DNA of 25,174 bases from Fibrobacterota bacterium. Lineage in GTDB: Bacteria; Fibrobacterota; Fibrobacteria; UBA11236. The stretch is from contig JAYUVP010000292.1 in the NCBI GenBank assembly GCA_043753995.1, forward strand, positions 1 through 25,174, given 5' to 3'. The translations under genes were made by a program, and so were the position numbers. Below are positions 17,729-25,174 of this stretch, one piece after another. The notes below the pieces were generated by a model. That model did not search any database, was not told the DNA's origin, and saw only the letters and a list, made by a program, of their open reading frames with translations. Each line of letters opens with the position of its first letter. Positions within the stretch are counted from its first letter, which is position 1.

Positions 17729-18817
17729 ATGTTTACAATAACCCTGCGGCGCCTAAGCGCCAAGCTCATCCCCGTCCTTTGCCTCACCGGAGGCCTATTG
17801 GCAGCCGGGCAAGTCGAAGCCGCTGCCGTCGACAAGGTCGGCTTCATTTATGTCGGTCCCCGCACCGATTTCGGCTACAACTACGCCATGGATCAAGGCC
17901 GACTCGCCATGGAAAAAACGCTCGGCATCAAAACGGTCTTCTTCGAAAATATTCCTGAAAATTCCGAAGTCGAGCGCGTGATGGAGCGCCTTGCCGGCCA
18001 AGGCTTCAAGGTGATTTTCCCCACCAGCTATGGCTATCTCGATCCCGCCTTGAAGGTGGCCGCCAAACACCCCGGCGTGACCTTCATGCATGCTGGCGGA
18101 TTCAAGCTCGCTCCCAATCTCGGAACTTTTTTTGCCGACATCGACGAAGTGGAATTCCTCTCCGGCATGGCGGCAGGAGCCGCCACCAAAACCGGCAAGC
18201 TGGGCTTCATCGCCGCGCACCCCATTCCACAAACCTTGCGCAATATCAATGCTTTCACCCTGGGTGCGCAAAGCGTCAATCCCAAGGTTACCATGACCGT
18301 GGTATGGACCGGGACTTGGTCCGATCCGGCCAAGGAGGCGGAAGCCTCGAATAGCTTGGTCGATCAAAAGATCGATGTGCTCACCATGCATGTGGATGGC
18401 CCTATCACCATTGCCCAAACAGCCGAAAAGCGCGGCGTCATGGTGTGCGGCTATCATGCCGATGCCAGTAAATTCGCCCCCAAGGGTTGGCTCACTGGAT
18501 CGTCCTGGAATTGGGGTCCGCTCATGACGGCCATCGTAAAATCCGTCATGGACACAACCTGGAAAAGCCAGCATTTGCGCGGAAAATTGAAGGATGGCTA
18601 TGTCAAGCTGGCTTCTTTCGGTCCCTTGGTTCCCGAGGCAACCAAAAAAGCCATCGCTGAAAAAGAAAAAGCCTATGCGGGCGGCGCTGCCCTGTGGACC
18701 GGCCCCATTACTTCGCAAGACGGCACGGTAATCGTCAAAGCCGGTGAAACCATGACCCTTGAAAAAATCGAATCCATGGGTTTTCTTGTTCAAGGGGTCA
18801 CGGGCACTTTGAAATAA
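17729..18817 (+). CDS. BMP family periplasmic substrate-binding protein
   Basis: VGFIYVGPRTDFGYN, TSYGY, NINAFTLGA, WSDPAKE, WNWGP; type I signal peptide without lipobox; AGGAGGT SD. Confidence 0.92.
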   Translation: MFTITLRRLSAKLIPVLCLTGGLLAAGQVEAAAVDKVGFIYVGPRTDFGYNYAMDQGRLAMEKTLGIKTVFFENIPENSEVERVMERLAGQGFKVIFPTSYGYLDPALKVAAKHPGVTFMHAGGFKLAPNLGTFFADIDEVEFLSGMAAGAATKTGKLGFIAAHPIPQTLRNINAFTLGAQSVNPKVTMTVVWTGTWSDPAKEAEASNSLVDQKIDVLTMHVDGPITIAQTAEKRGVMVCGYHADASKFAPKGWLTGSSWNWGPLMTAIVKSVMDTTWKSQHLRGKLKDGYVKLASFGPLVPEATKKAIAEKEKAYAGGAALWTGPITSQDGTVIVKAGETMTLEKIESMGFLVQGVTGTLK

Positions 18818-18828
18818 TATGGAGGATC

Positions 18829-19200
18829 ATGCAAACGAAGGAGGAAAACCTCGCCGGATTTTTACGCCTTTCCCTGACGGACTTGGCGCGCGATCGCCAC
18901 GAGTGGCCAGAATTGGGGCCTGGCGTGCGGCAAAAAATTTTGCGCGAGGGCCCTTTGCCTGGCGAACGCACTTCGCTTTTGTCCTATGTGCCTGGAGCCA
19001 AGGTGCCCAGGCATCGCCATGTCGGTGAGGAGACCATCCTGGTTCTTGAAGGTGCTCAGGGTGATGAAACCGGCAGCTATGCCGCAGGCTCGTGGCTGGT
19101 GAATCGCGAAGGCACCGAGCATAGTGTGACTTCACCCCAAGGTTGTTTGGTGATTATTCATTGGCGCGCCCCCGTGGTCTTTCTCGACCCGCCGGCGTGA
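18829..19200 (+). CDS. ChrR-like single cupin-domain protein
   Basis: PGAKVPRHRHVGEETILVLEG...DETG.Y.AGSW...GTEHSV.SPQGC (H-x-H...E...H metal ligands); GGAGG SD. Confidence 0.85.
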   Translation: MQTKEENLAGFLRLSLTDLARDRHEWPELGPGVRQKILREGPLPGERTSLLSYVPGAKVPRHRHVGEETILVLEGAQGDETGSYAAGSWLVNREGTEHSVTSPQGCLVIIHWRAPVVFLDPPA

Positions 19201-19209
19201 GGAGGAAAT

Positions 19210-19923
19210 ATGATGTCTGATTCCGCTCGTATACGCGGTCTTAAGGTCGAATCCAAACCCTATGCCTGGCCCTATGACGGCGCCGTGCCCTTGAAAAATT
19301 TGGCGCTCATCGTCATCGACATGCAAACCGATTTTTGCGGTAAGGGGGGCTATGTGGATTCCATGGGTTATGACTTGGCGAATACCCAGCGCGCCATTGC
19401 ACCCATCAAATCCCTTTTGCAAGCCTTTCGCAGTCAGGGTGAGGCCACTCTCATCCACACGCGTGAAGGTCATCGTCCCGATCTCAGTGACTTGCCCGCG
19501 AATAAGCGTAAGCGCAGCCAAGCCATTGGCGCGGGAATCGGCGATCCAGGCCCATGCGGCCGTATCTTGATTCGCGGTGAAAAAGGCTGGGATATCATTC
19601 CCGAGCTTTATCCGGCGCCCGGAGAAGTCATCATAGATAAGCCCGGCAAGGGCAGCTTTTATGCCACGGATTTGGAATTGGTTCTGCGCGTGCGTGGCAT
19701 TACCCACATTATCCTGACCGGCATCACCACCGATGTCTGTGTACACACCACCATGCGCGAAGCCAATGATCGCGGCTTCGAATGCCTATTGCTGGAAGAT
19801 GCTACCGGTGCCACCGACATGCGCAATCATGAAGCCGCCATCAGCATGGTGCATATGCAAGGCGGCGTATTCGGCTGCACCTCCACCTCGAAAGCCGTGC
19901 TCCAGGGCTTGGCTGATATGTAG
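19210..19923 (+). CDS. biuH: Biuret amidohydrolase (isochorismatase-like cysteine hydrolase)
   Basis: [91 protein letters not shown]; matches Rhizobium BiuH as I recall it, with the Asp-Lys-Cys triad intact; GAGGAGG SD. Confidence 0.9.
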   Translation: MMSDSARIRGLKVESKPYAWPYDGAVPLKNLALIVIDMQTDFCGKGGYVDSMGYDLANTQRAIAPIKSLLQAFRSQGEATLIHTREGHRPDLSDLPANKRKRSQAIGAGIGDPGPCGRILIRGEKGWDIIPELYPAPGEVIIDKPGKGSFYATDLELVLRVRGITHIILTGITTDVCVHTTMREANDRGFECLLLEDATGATDMRNHEAAISMVHMQGGVFGCTSTSKAVLQGLADM

Positions 19924-19931
19924 GATGGTGC

Positions 19932-21332
19932 TTAAAAAACCATTCGCCAATACAAGTCTATGTCATGGTGCAAGCGCCTATCCGAAGTGCTGCGGCTCTC
20001 GGTGACCGGCATCAAGGTGCCCCATACTAAGGCCAGAGCATTGTTCGCATTCATGCCATAGGTTGCGGCTAGGGAGAAGCGCATTTCGCCGTCATTGGGT
20101 TTGCCTTCGTTCGATTTGAATCCCATATCCGGATCTAAACCTTCGAACTTGAGTCCGACTTCGCTCCAGCGACCGGTTTTAGCATAATCGTGTCGCGCCA
20201 GGGCTTCGACATAAAAGGCCAGGAAATTGGCCGATCCTTCGGAGATGAAGGCATCGTCCCCTTTGTGATTATCGCCATAGGCGATTTCGCCATTGAGGCG
20301 ATAGCCATGACAGGTGTAAAAAAGGCCGGCGACATAAGCCGTATTGATAGCCAAGGTGAAATCGGTGGGATTGCTTTTGTCCTCGGTGGTCTTGGTTGAA
20401 AGCGCGAATTCGGCGGTTAAACCCTTCACGGGATCGGCCTCAATGTGAAAGGCTAAATCTTTGGCCTTCAAGTCACTGTCCTTCCAGGTATCATTGACAT
20501 AACCGATGGCAGGATCTTTACTGGCGCGGCCATTGTAAAGGCCCAGTCCATAGCGTACAGGAATGCCGCCGTCTTCAAAACCGGATGCGAAGTGAATGCC
20601 GATATCATATCCGGCATAGCCCGTGACGCGATTCAGAAAGTCTTGATAGAGGCGTCCGCGATGCTGAAAAGGCAATTGCGCTTCGGTGAGGAGTGGCTCA
20701 TGCGAAAAGGATCGGATAATGCGGCCCGCCTGGACGCGATCGAAAAGACCTCTTTGCCATTGCATATAAACCTGCCCAAGACTTAGGCCTGCGGAGCCTT
20801 TGGCGAAGTTCAACTCATTGTGAAAGCCAAAGCCATCCCCGAAGTCACCCTGAAAGGTGAGGCGGACCAAATCGAGGGCCAAGCTGGTTTGCTTTTCCAG
20901 ATCATTTTCCGCTGAAATATCCCGGGCATAGGCATTGCCCCGAAAGAAGCCGCCAACCTTGAGATGCGCAAGCCTGGCATTTTCGAGAAAGATGGGTTCC
21001 TTGACCTTGGCCGCTGCGGCTTTAGCCGAATCCGCATTGGCTGTGGCCAGCTTCGAGCTATCGGCGGCTGCCGTCATGCTCACGGCGACGGGGGCCTCGG
21101 ACGTGGTGTCCAAGGTTTCGCGTGCTGTTGAAGGCGCGGGTGCGGTGGCTTGGGTCGCCGGGGTTTTAGCTTCCACCGGAGTAGAGGCGGGAATCGAGGC
21201 CGCAGCGGGGGTAGCCACCCCAGGCTTAGCTGTCGTGGCGCTGGTGTCTGGGTTGGCCTTGGGTGCTTCCTCGGCATGAATCAAGGCTTGCGCCAGTAAT
21301 ACCCAGATTCCAATGCAAATCTTATGCGACAT
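19932..21332 (-). CDS. Outer-membrane porin-like beta-barrel (OprO/P-like) with N-terminal Ala/Thr/Pro-rich linker
   Basis: Signal peptide ending IHA; ~90-aa low-complexity linker; LDLVRL.F.G, VQAGR...FSHE, YGLGLYNG; alternating beta-strands; terminal Phe; AAAGGAG SD. Confidence 0.7.
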   Translation of the reverse strand: MSHKICIGIWVLLAQALIHAEEAPKANPDTSATTAKPGVATPAAASIPASTPVEAKTPATQATAPAPSTARETLDTTSEAPVAVSMTAAADSSKLATANADSAKAAAAKVKEPIFLENARLAHLKVGGFFRGNAYARDISAENDLEKQTSLALDLVRLTFQGDFGDGFGFHNELNFAKGSAGLSLGQVYMQWQRGLFDRVQAGRIIRSFSHEPLLTEAQLPFQHRGRLYQDFLNRVTGYAGYDIGIHFASGFEDGGIPVRYGLGLYNGRASKDPAIGYVNDTWKDSDLKAKDLAFHIEADPVKGLTAEFALSTKTTEDKSNPTDFTLAINTAYVAGLFYTCHGYRLNGEIAYGDNHKGDDAFISEGSANFLAFYVEALARHDYAKTGRWSEVGLKFEGLDPDMGFKSNEGKPNDGEMRFSLAATYGMNANNALALVWGTLMPVTESRSTSDRRLHHDIDLYWRMVF

Positions 21333-21348
21333 GGGCCATTCTCCTTTA

Positions 21349-21398
21349 GCCTGGACGAGTCGATTTGAATTCGACTAGGTCAAGGCGGAGCAAAGATA
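21349..21398 (-). promoter_or_regulatory. Porin promoter -10 (TATCTT, 21393-21398) and 5'-terminal stem-loop (21349-21386)
   Basis: GCCTTGAC-CT-AGTCGA-N7-TCGACT-C-GTCCAGGC begins 6 nt after the -10 and ends 1 nt before the SD. Confidence 0.5.
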
Positions 21399-21414
21399 AA
21401 CCCGACGGGATTTT

Positions 21415-21996
21415 TCAATATCCCGAGGCCAGCTTTTGCTTCACGGCGGCAGGGGAAAGCTTTAAAATTTCTCCGCTAGCGAGATTGCCCAATTCAAAGG
21501 GACCAATAGCCACGCGTATGAGGCGCAAGGTGGGAAGGCCCACGGCGGCCGTCATGCGTCTCACCTGGCGATTCCGGCCTTCGCGTAAGGTTAGGCGCAG
21601 CCAAGCAGTGGGGATATGCTTGCGTTCGCGAATGGGAGGCTGACGCGCGGGAAAAATTTCCGCCTCGGGAGCCCAATCGACTTGGGCGGGCAGGGTTTTG
21701 CGGCCTTCAATGACCACCCCTTGGCGCAATCGCGCTAATGCTTCGGGTGTTGGGCTTCCTTCGACTTGCACACAATAGGTTTTCGGCGCCTTGGCGTCGG
21801 GGTGCGCTAAGCGGTGAATCAACGGGCCATCATTGGTGAGCAGGAGCAGGCCTTCACTATCGAAATCGAGGCGCCCACAGGCATAAATTTCAGGCTCGGA
21901 AACGAAGTCTTTTAAAGTAGGCCGGCCTTGACCGTCGGTGAATTGGCAAAGTACGCCATAGGGCTTGTGCAATAGGAAATAGCGCATGGGATTCAC
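21415..21996 (-). CDS. rluE: RsuA-family pseudouridine synthase, RluE-like (23S psi2457)
   Basis: KPYGVLCQF, GRLDFDSEGLLLLTNDG, KTYCVQVEG, PPIRERKHIPTAWL, EGRNRQVRRMTAAVG.PTLRLIR; GTGA overlap with the ADH stop (alternative ATG at 21987). Confidence 0.88.
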   Translation of the reverse strand: MNPMRYFLLHKPYGVLCQFTDGQGRPTLKDFVSEPEIYACGRLDFDSEGLLLLTNDGPLIHRLAHPDAKAPKTYCVQVEGSPTPEALARLRQGVVIEGRKTLPAQVDWAPEAEIFPARQPPIRERKHIPTAWLRLTLREGRNRQVRRMTAAVGLPTLRLIRVAIGPFELGNLASGEILKLSPAAVKQKLASGY

Positions 21997-23228
21997 AAGC
22001 GCGCCGACAGAATTTGCGCCATTTCTGTCTCGGACAAAGCCACGGGATTATTGCGCTGACTTGCCCCCGCGATTATGCGAGGGAGGGCTTCCGGGGTTAC
22101 GCCGTATTGTCCTAGCCGAGGCATGTCCAATTCGCGAGTCCAGGCCTGCAAGTGTGCAATCAAGGCCTCGCCCAAGGTTTCGGGGTTTTGCCGGGCATCT
22201 TCACCGAAAAGCGTGGCCACACGGGCGAATTTCTCCAGGGATGCCGCGGAATTTTCGCCGCGATTCTGACGTAAGGCAGAAATATTGGCTGCTGTAGCTT
22301 CCGCTACCAAGGTGCCACAGACCACACCATGCGGAATGGGAAAATAGCCACCAAGGGGAGAGGCGAGGCCATGCACCACACCGAGGCCCGCATTCGCTAA
22401 TACCACTCCTGAAAGCATGCTGGCATAAGCCATAGCGCCGCGCACGCCCACATCGCCCGCGCCCGTGCCGCAAGCCAAGGTGAGATGAGGCACGAGGGCC
22501 ATGAGCCCACTCCAGGCCAAGGCATCGGTGAGCGGCGTCGCTTGCGGCGACAAAAAGGGCTCGAGCAATTGGGTAAAAGCATCCATGCCACAAGCGGCGG
22601 TGACTGCACGCGGACAAGTCAACATGAGTTCGGGATCAATGACCACGGCATCGGGAATGAGATTGTCATGGCGCAGGCTTTTTTTATACCCCTGGGGCCC
22701 CATATCGCTGAGGACCGCATTCTTGGTCATTTCCCCGCCCGTCCCCGAGGTGGTGGGAGCCGCGATGAACGGAATTTTTCCGCCGGGGTGGGGAATACCC
22801 ATGCCCACGTCTTCTAGGTGATCGCGGGCGCTGTGGCGATACGGGAGCATGGCCGACAAAGCTTTGGCGGCGTCGATGACGCTGCCTCCTCCGAGGCCAA
22901 TCACCACTTGGATTCCCTCCTGAAGTAAACCGTCTCGGGTCGAGTCTATCCATGCCGTTGTCGGTTCGCCCGCAAGGGAGATTTCTACCAGATCGATCTT
23001 CAGCGCTTCGAAATCGCGTCGCAGCAAGGCGAGTTGTCCCGAGTGCTCCAAGGATCGTGAGCCGCGCACTAGCAATGCACGGCGTCCAAAGCTCTGGGCC
23101 AGCCGGGGCAAAACAAGGCGTTTGCCAGGCCCGAAATGCACCGGAGGAATTCGGGCCAGCTGAAATGGAGAAATGAAAGGGGATGGGCTCAAATCGGAAG
23201 GGGGGAACAAATTTTCACCATGCCGCAT
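21993..23228 (-). CDS. Iron-containing (type III) alcohol dehydrogenase
   Basis: GEPT, GLGGGSVIDAAKA, PTTSGTGGEMT, DAFTQLLE, GVVHGLA, PHGVVCG; start approximate. Confidence 0.92.
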   Translation of the reverse strand: MRHGENLFPPSDLSPSPFISPFQLARIPPVHFGPGKRLVLPRLAQSFGRRALLVRGSRSLEHSGQLALLRRDFEALKIDLVEISLAGEPTTAWIDSTRDGLLQEGIQVVIGLGGGSVIDAAKALSAMLPYRHSARDHLEDVGMGIPHPGGKIPFIAAPTTSGTGGEMTKNAVLSDMGPQGYKKSLRHDNLIPDAVVIDPELMLTCPRAVTAACGMDAFTQLLEPFLSPQATPLTDALAWSGLMALVPHLTLACGTGAGDVGVRGAMAYASMLSGVVLANAGLGVVHGLASPLGGYFPIPHGVVCGTLVAEATAANISALRQNRGENSAASLEKFARVATLFGEDARQNPETLGEALIAHLQAWTRELDMPRLGQYGVTPEALPRIIAGASQRNNPVALSETEMAQILSARL

Positions 23229-23523
23229 CTTGATCAGGGAAAACCGGACTATGCACGGAGGCTTCGCGGGGCTTAGCCATCATCGGTTCGACCGCTTTTT
23301 TCCAGGCATGATAATGAGGAGTCTGGCGATGATAGTCTATGGCCTCGGTGGAGTCGAAAACTTCATAAAGCACAAAATGGCTCGCATCGGCCTTGGCCTG
23401 AACCACGTCAAAGCGCCGATTGCCCGGTTCTCGTCGCGAGCCTTCATGATTTAGTCGTGTCGCATTTAAGAACTCCGCGAGGAACTCTGGCTTGATATAG
23501 ACATGCACAATATTGATCAGCAT
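23215..23523 (-). CDS. ABM-superfamily protein (LsrG/putative quinol monooxygenase-like)
   Basis: SRREPGNRRFDV, FVLYEVF, HRQTPHY..W...VEPMMAKPR. Confidence 0.88.
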   Translation of the reverse strand: MLINIVHVYIKPEFLAEFLNATRLNHEGSRREPGNRRFDVVQAKADASHFVLYEVFDSTEAIDYHRQTPHYHAWKKAVEPMMAKPREASVHSPVFPDQDAAW

Positions 23524-23631
23524 AGGCGATGAATATAATGTTACAGGTACCTGCTCAAACGAGCAGCAAAAAAGTGTTCAACTTAAAGTCAACATTAAAT
23601 TCACAAATACCCCAAATCTAAAAACATTCAA

Positions 23632-23661
23632 TTGACCATCTTTCAACAAAAGCAGTAAAAT
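23632..23661 (+). promoter_or_regulatory. Sigma70-type promoter for the histidine kinase
   Basis: TTGACC-N18-TAAAAT with an AT-rich upstream region. Confidence 0.55.
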
Positions 23662-23696
23662 TCGGACTTATTGGGAAGGAGACCGGCCTTAACACC

Positions 23697-25174
23697 ATGA
23701 TTTCCATCTATAACGTCCTTGAGTTTTCATGGTTTTTCTTATTCGCTTTGGCCTTGTTGTTCTTGGGGCTTGAGTTACGCTGCAAGTTTGACAAAGCCTT
23801 TCTCTACCACGGTGCCGCGCTATTACTGCTCTGCGCCTTCACTGCGGTCGATTTATGGATTCTCCCAGACGCGGACTTGGACAGTTCGTTATTGTATTAC
23901 CGCCTGCAACATCTCACATTTCTTTTTTTCTCGTGTTTTACTTTGACAAATGTTCTCGTCCTTATTGGAAAAAAGCGTCAGTTTTTTGTGAGTTCCGTCT
24001 ACATGTTTTCCATGGTACTTTCGGTGCTCACGTTCACACCCTTAATTTGGAAAATCAAGAACCAACAAATTGACCCAGGAATCCTTTATTTACCCCTATA
24101 TGGATTTTTCTTCCCCTTTGTAGTTGTGAGTCTCGTCTATTTCATTGTCTCAGGTCTAAAAAGTGTCGCTCCTTCCGAAAAGAGAATCCTTGTTACGCAT
24201 TTGATTGGATTAATACTGCTTGCGGTTTTCGGTTTATTAGATTTTCTATTCGCGGCCTTCCCGGAATTAAAATTCATTGCAAGCTCTACTCAAATCGGCA
24301 CTTTTATCTATGGCCTGACTGTAAGTTCGATTTTTATGGACAGATTTCTTCATGTCCTTCGTGACCGAGCTTCGGCATTTTCAAAGCTTGAGTCCGCTTA
24401 CCGTGAATTGGAAACAGCCAATAACCTACGGGAAATTGGTGAATCTACGGCAATCGTCAATCATGAAATTAAGAATTACATGTTTATGATTTCAGGAAAT
24501 GCTCAAATTTTACGTGAAATGGAGCCGCTGACCCTGAAGGGCCAAGAATTAGTGGGGAACATTATCACTAGCGTCGACCGCATGAGCCAATTTAGTCGCG
24601 ACATTCTGGAAATGTCCAAAGCACAAATATTTATTGAAAAGCATCCCATTAATGTGGTGAGCCTAATCGAAGGCGTGATTCGAGATCACTTTTCTGCCCA
24701 AGCCAAATTCATCGAAATGGACTGCGAAGTAGATTCAAACGTGGTTCAGGCCGATTGGGGGCGATTCGAGCAGATTTTCATAAACCTGATAAAAAACGCA
24801 TTGGACGCGACCCCCAAGGATAGCTTACCCAGGATTCAAATTCGCATACGCGCCAATGTTAACGTTGTCTTGATGAGTGTTGAGGATAATGGGATTGGTT
24901 GCGCAGAAGAACAGTGTGAAAATTTTTTCAAGGCTTTTTATACCACGAAAAAAGGCCATGGCGGAACCGGTCTTGGTTTATCCATAGTACGCAGCATAGT
25001 TGAAAGTCATGGCGGAAAAATTAACGCGTACTCGAAAAATTTTGGAGGCTCCGGAAATCATGGGATCCGCATCCAAATGTCCTTTCCGAATTTTGTGAGA
25101 GATGGATTTCCTGGAGAAAGCCTAAGTAAAATTATTATTATTAGAAAGGATTTTCCGGAATTGGTAAGAGTAAT
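23697..25174 (+). CDS. Membrane sensor histidine kinase, truncated by the window end (absent from the ORF track)
   Basis: Hand translation from the ATG at 23697: MISIYNVLEFSWFFLFALALLFLG..., about 6-7 TM helices, H-box VNHEIKNY, N-box QIFINLIKNALDA, G1 EDNGIG, F-box FYTTK, G2 GTGLGLSIV; no stop before 25174. Confidence 0.92.
   Translation, partial: MISIYNVLEFSWFFLFALALLFLGLELRCKFDKAFLYHGAALLLLCAFTAVDLWILPDADLDSSLLYYRLQHLTFLFFSCFTLTNVLVLIGKKRQFFVSSVYMFSMVLSVLTFTPLIWKIKNQQIDPGILYLPLYGFFFPFVVVSLVYFIVSGLKSVAPSEKRILVTHLIGLILLAVFGLLDFLFAAFPELKFIASSTQIGTFIYGLTVSSIFMDRFLHVLRDRASAFSKLESAYRELETANNLREIGESTAIVNHEIKNYMFMISGNAQILREMEPLTLKGQELVGNIITSVDRMSQFSRDILEMSKAQIFIEKHPINVVSLIEGVIRDHFSAQAKFIEMDCEVDSNVVQADWGRFEQIFINLIKNALDATPKDSLPRIQIRIRANVNVVLMSVEDNGIGCAEEQCENFFKAFYTTKKGHGGTGLGLSIVRSIVESHGGKINAYSKNFGGSGNHGIRIQMSFPNFVRDGFPGESLSKIIIIRKDFPELVRV

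Noticed and set aside
17795..18793. 332-aa antisense ORF over the BMP gene
   Set aside because: Codon-aligned shadow of a strongly biased gene, with no recognisable motifs
19210..19923. Alternative call as triuret or guanylurea hydrolase
   Set aside because: [17 protein letters not shown] and MQGG match the BiuH-type residues as I recall them; an assay would be decisive
23551..23573. CTGCTC-aaac-GAGCAG hairpin plus A-tract as a terminator
   Set aside because: It sits between divergent genes and the tract is on the wrong side for either strand
23719..24073. Two short ORFs listed in the track
   Set aside because: Out-of-frame shadows inside the histidine kinase starting at 23697
1..25174. 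CRISPR arrays, tRNA/rRNA genes, IS elements, integrases, defence systems
   Set aside because: No repeat-spacer arrays, RNA-gene signatures or recombinase motifs were seen; the lone MazG-like gene has no defence context

Overview
Gram-negative bacterial chromosome segment of roughly 57-60% GC (by eye), dropping to about 41% after ~23.5 kb. A Fibrobacterota-like origin is tentatively suggested by the GH8 architecture. The left part (1-8.5 kb) encodes a secreted GH8 glycanase, DedA, stand-alone MurG and RsmH, a 469-aa hypothetical protein, a MazG-like pyrophosphohydrolase, a twin Zn-ribbon protein, a secreted beta-propeller and an SRPBCC protein. The centre (8.5-19.9 kb) is a self-contained biuret-utilisation locus. 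Allophanate hydrolase (atzF) is divergent from a MalT-like STAND/LuxR regulator, which is followed by an operon for a Tsx-like outer-membrane channel, a BMP-family ABC importer, a small cupin and biuret hydrolase (biuH). A shared 18-bp imperfect palindrome (14/18 identical) lies upstream of both atzF and the uptake operon, each 22 nt before a -10-like hexamer, and is a candidate operator for the regulator. The right part holds a porin with a low-complexity N-terminal linker, an ABM/LsrG-like - Fe-ADH - rluE operon, and a low-GC membrane histidine kinase that the ORF track missed because it runs off the window. Five genes have a -10 hexamer 6-9 nt before the ATG and no Shine-Dalgarno, suggesting leaderless transcripts. 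No rRNA, tRNA, CRISPR or transposase was seen.
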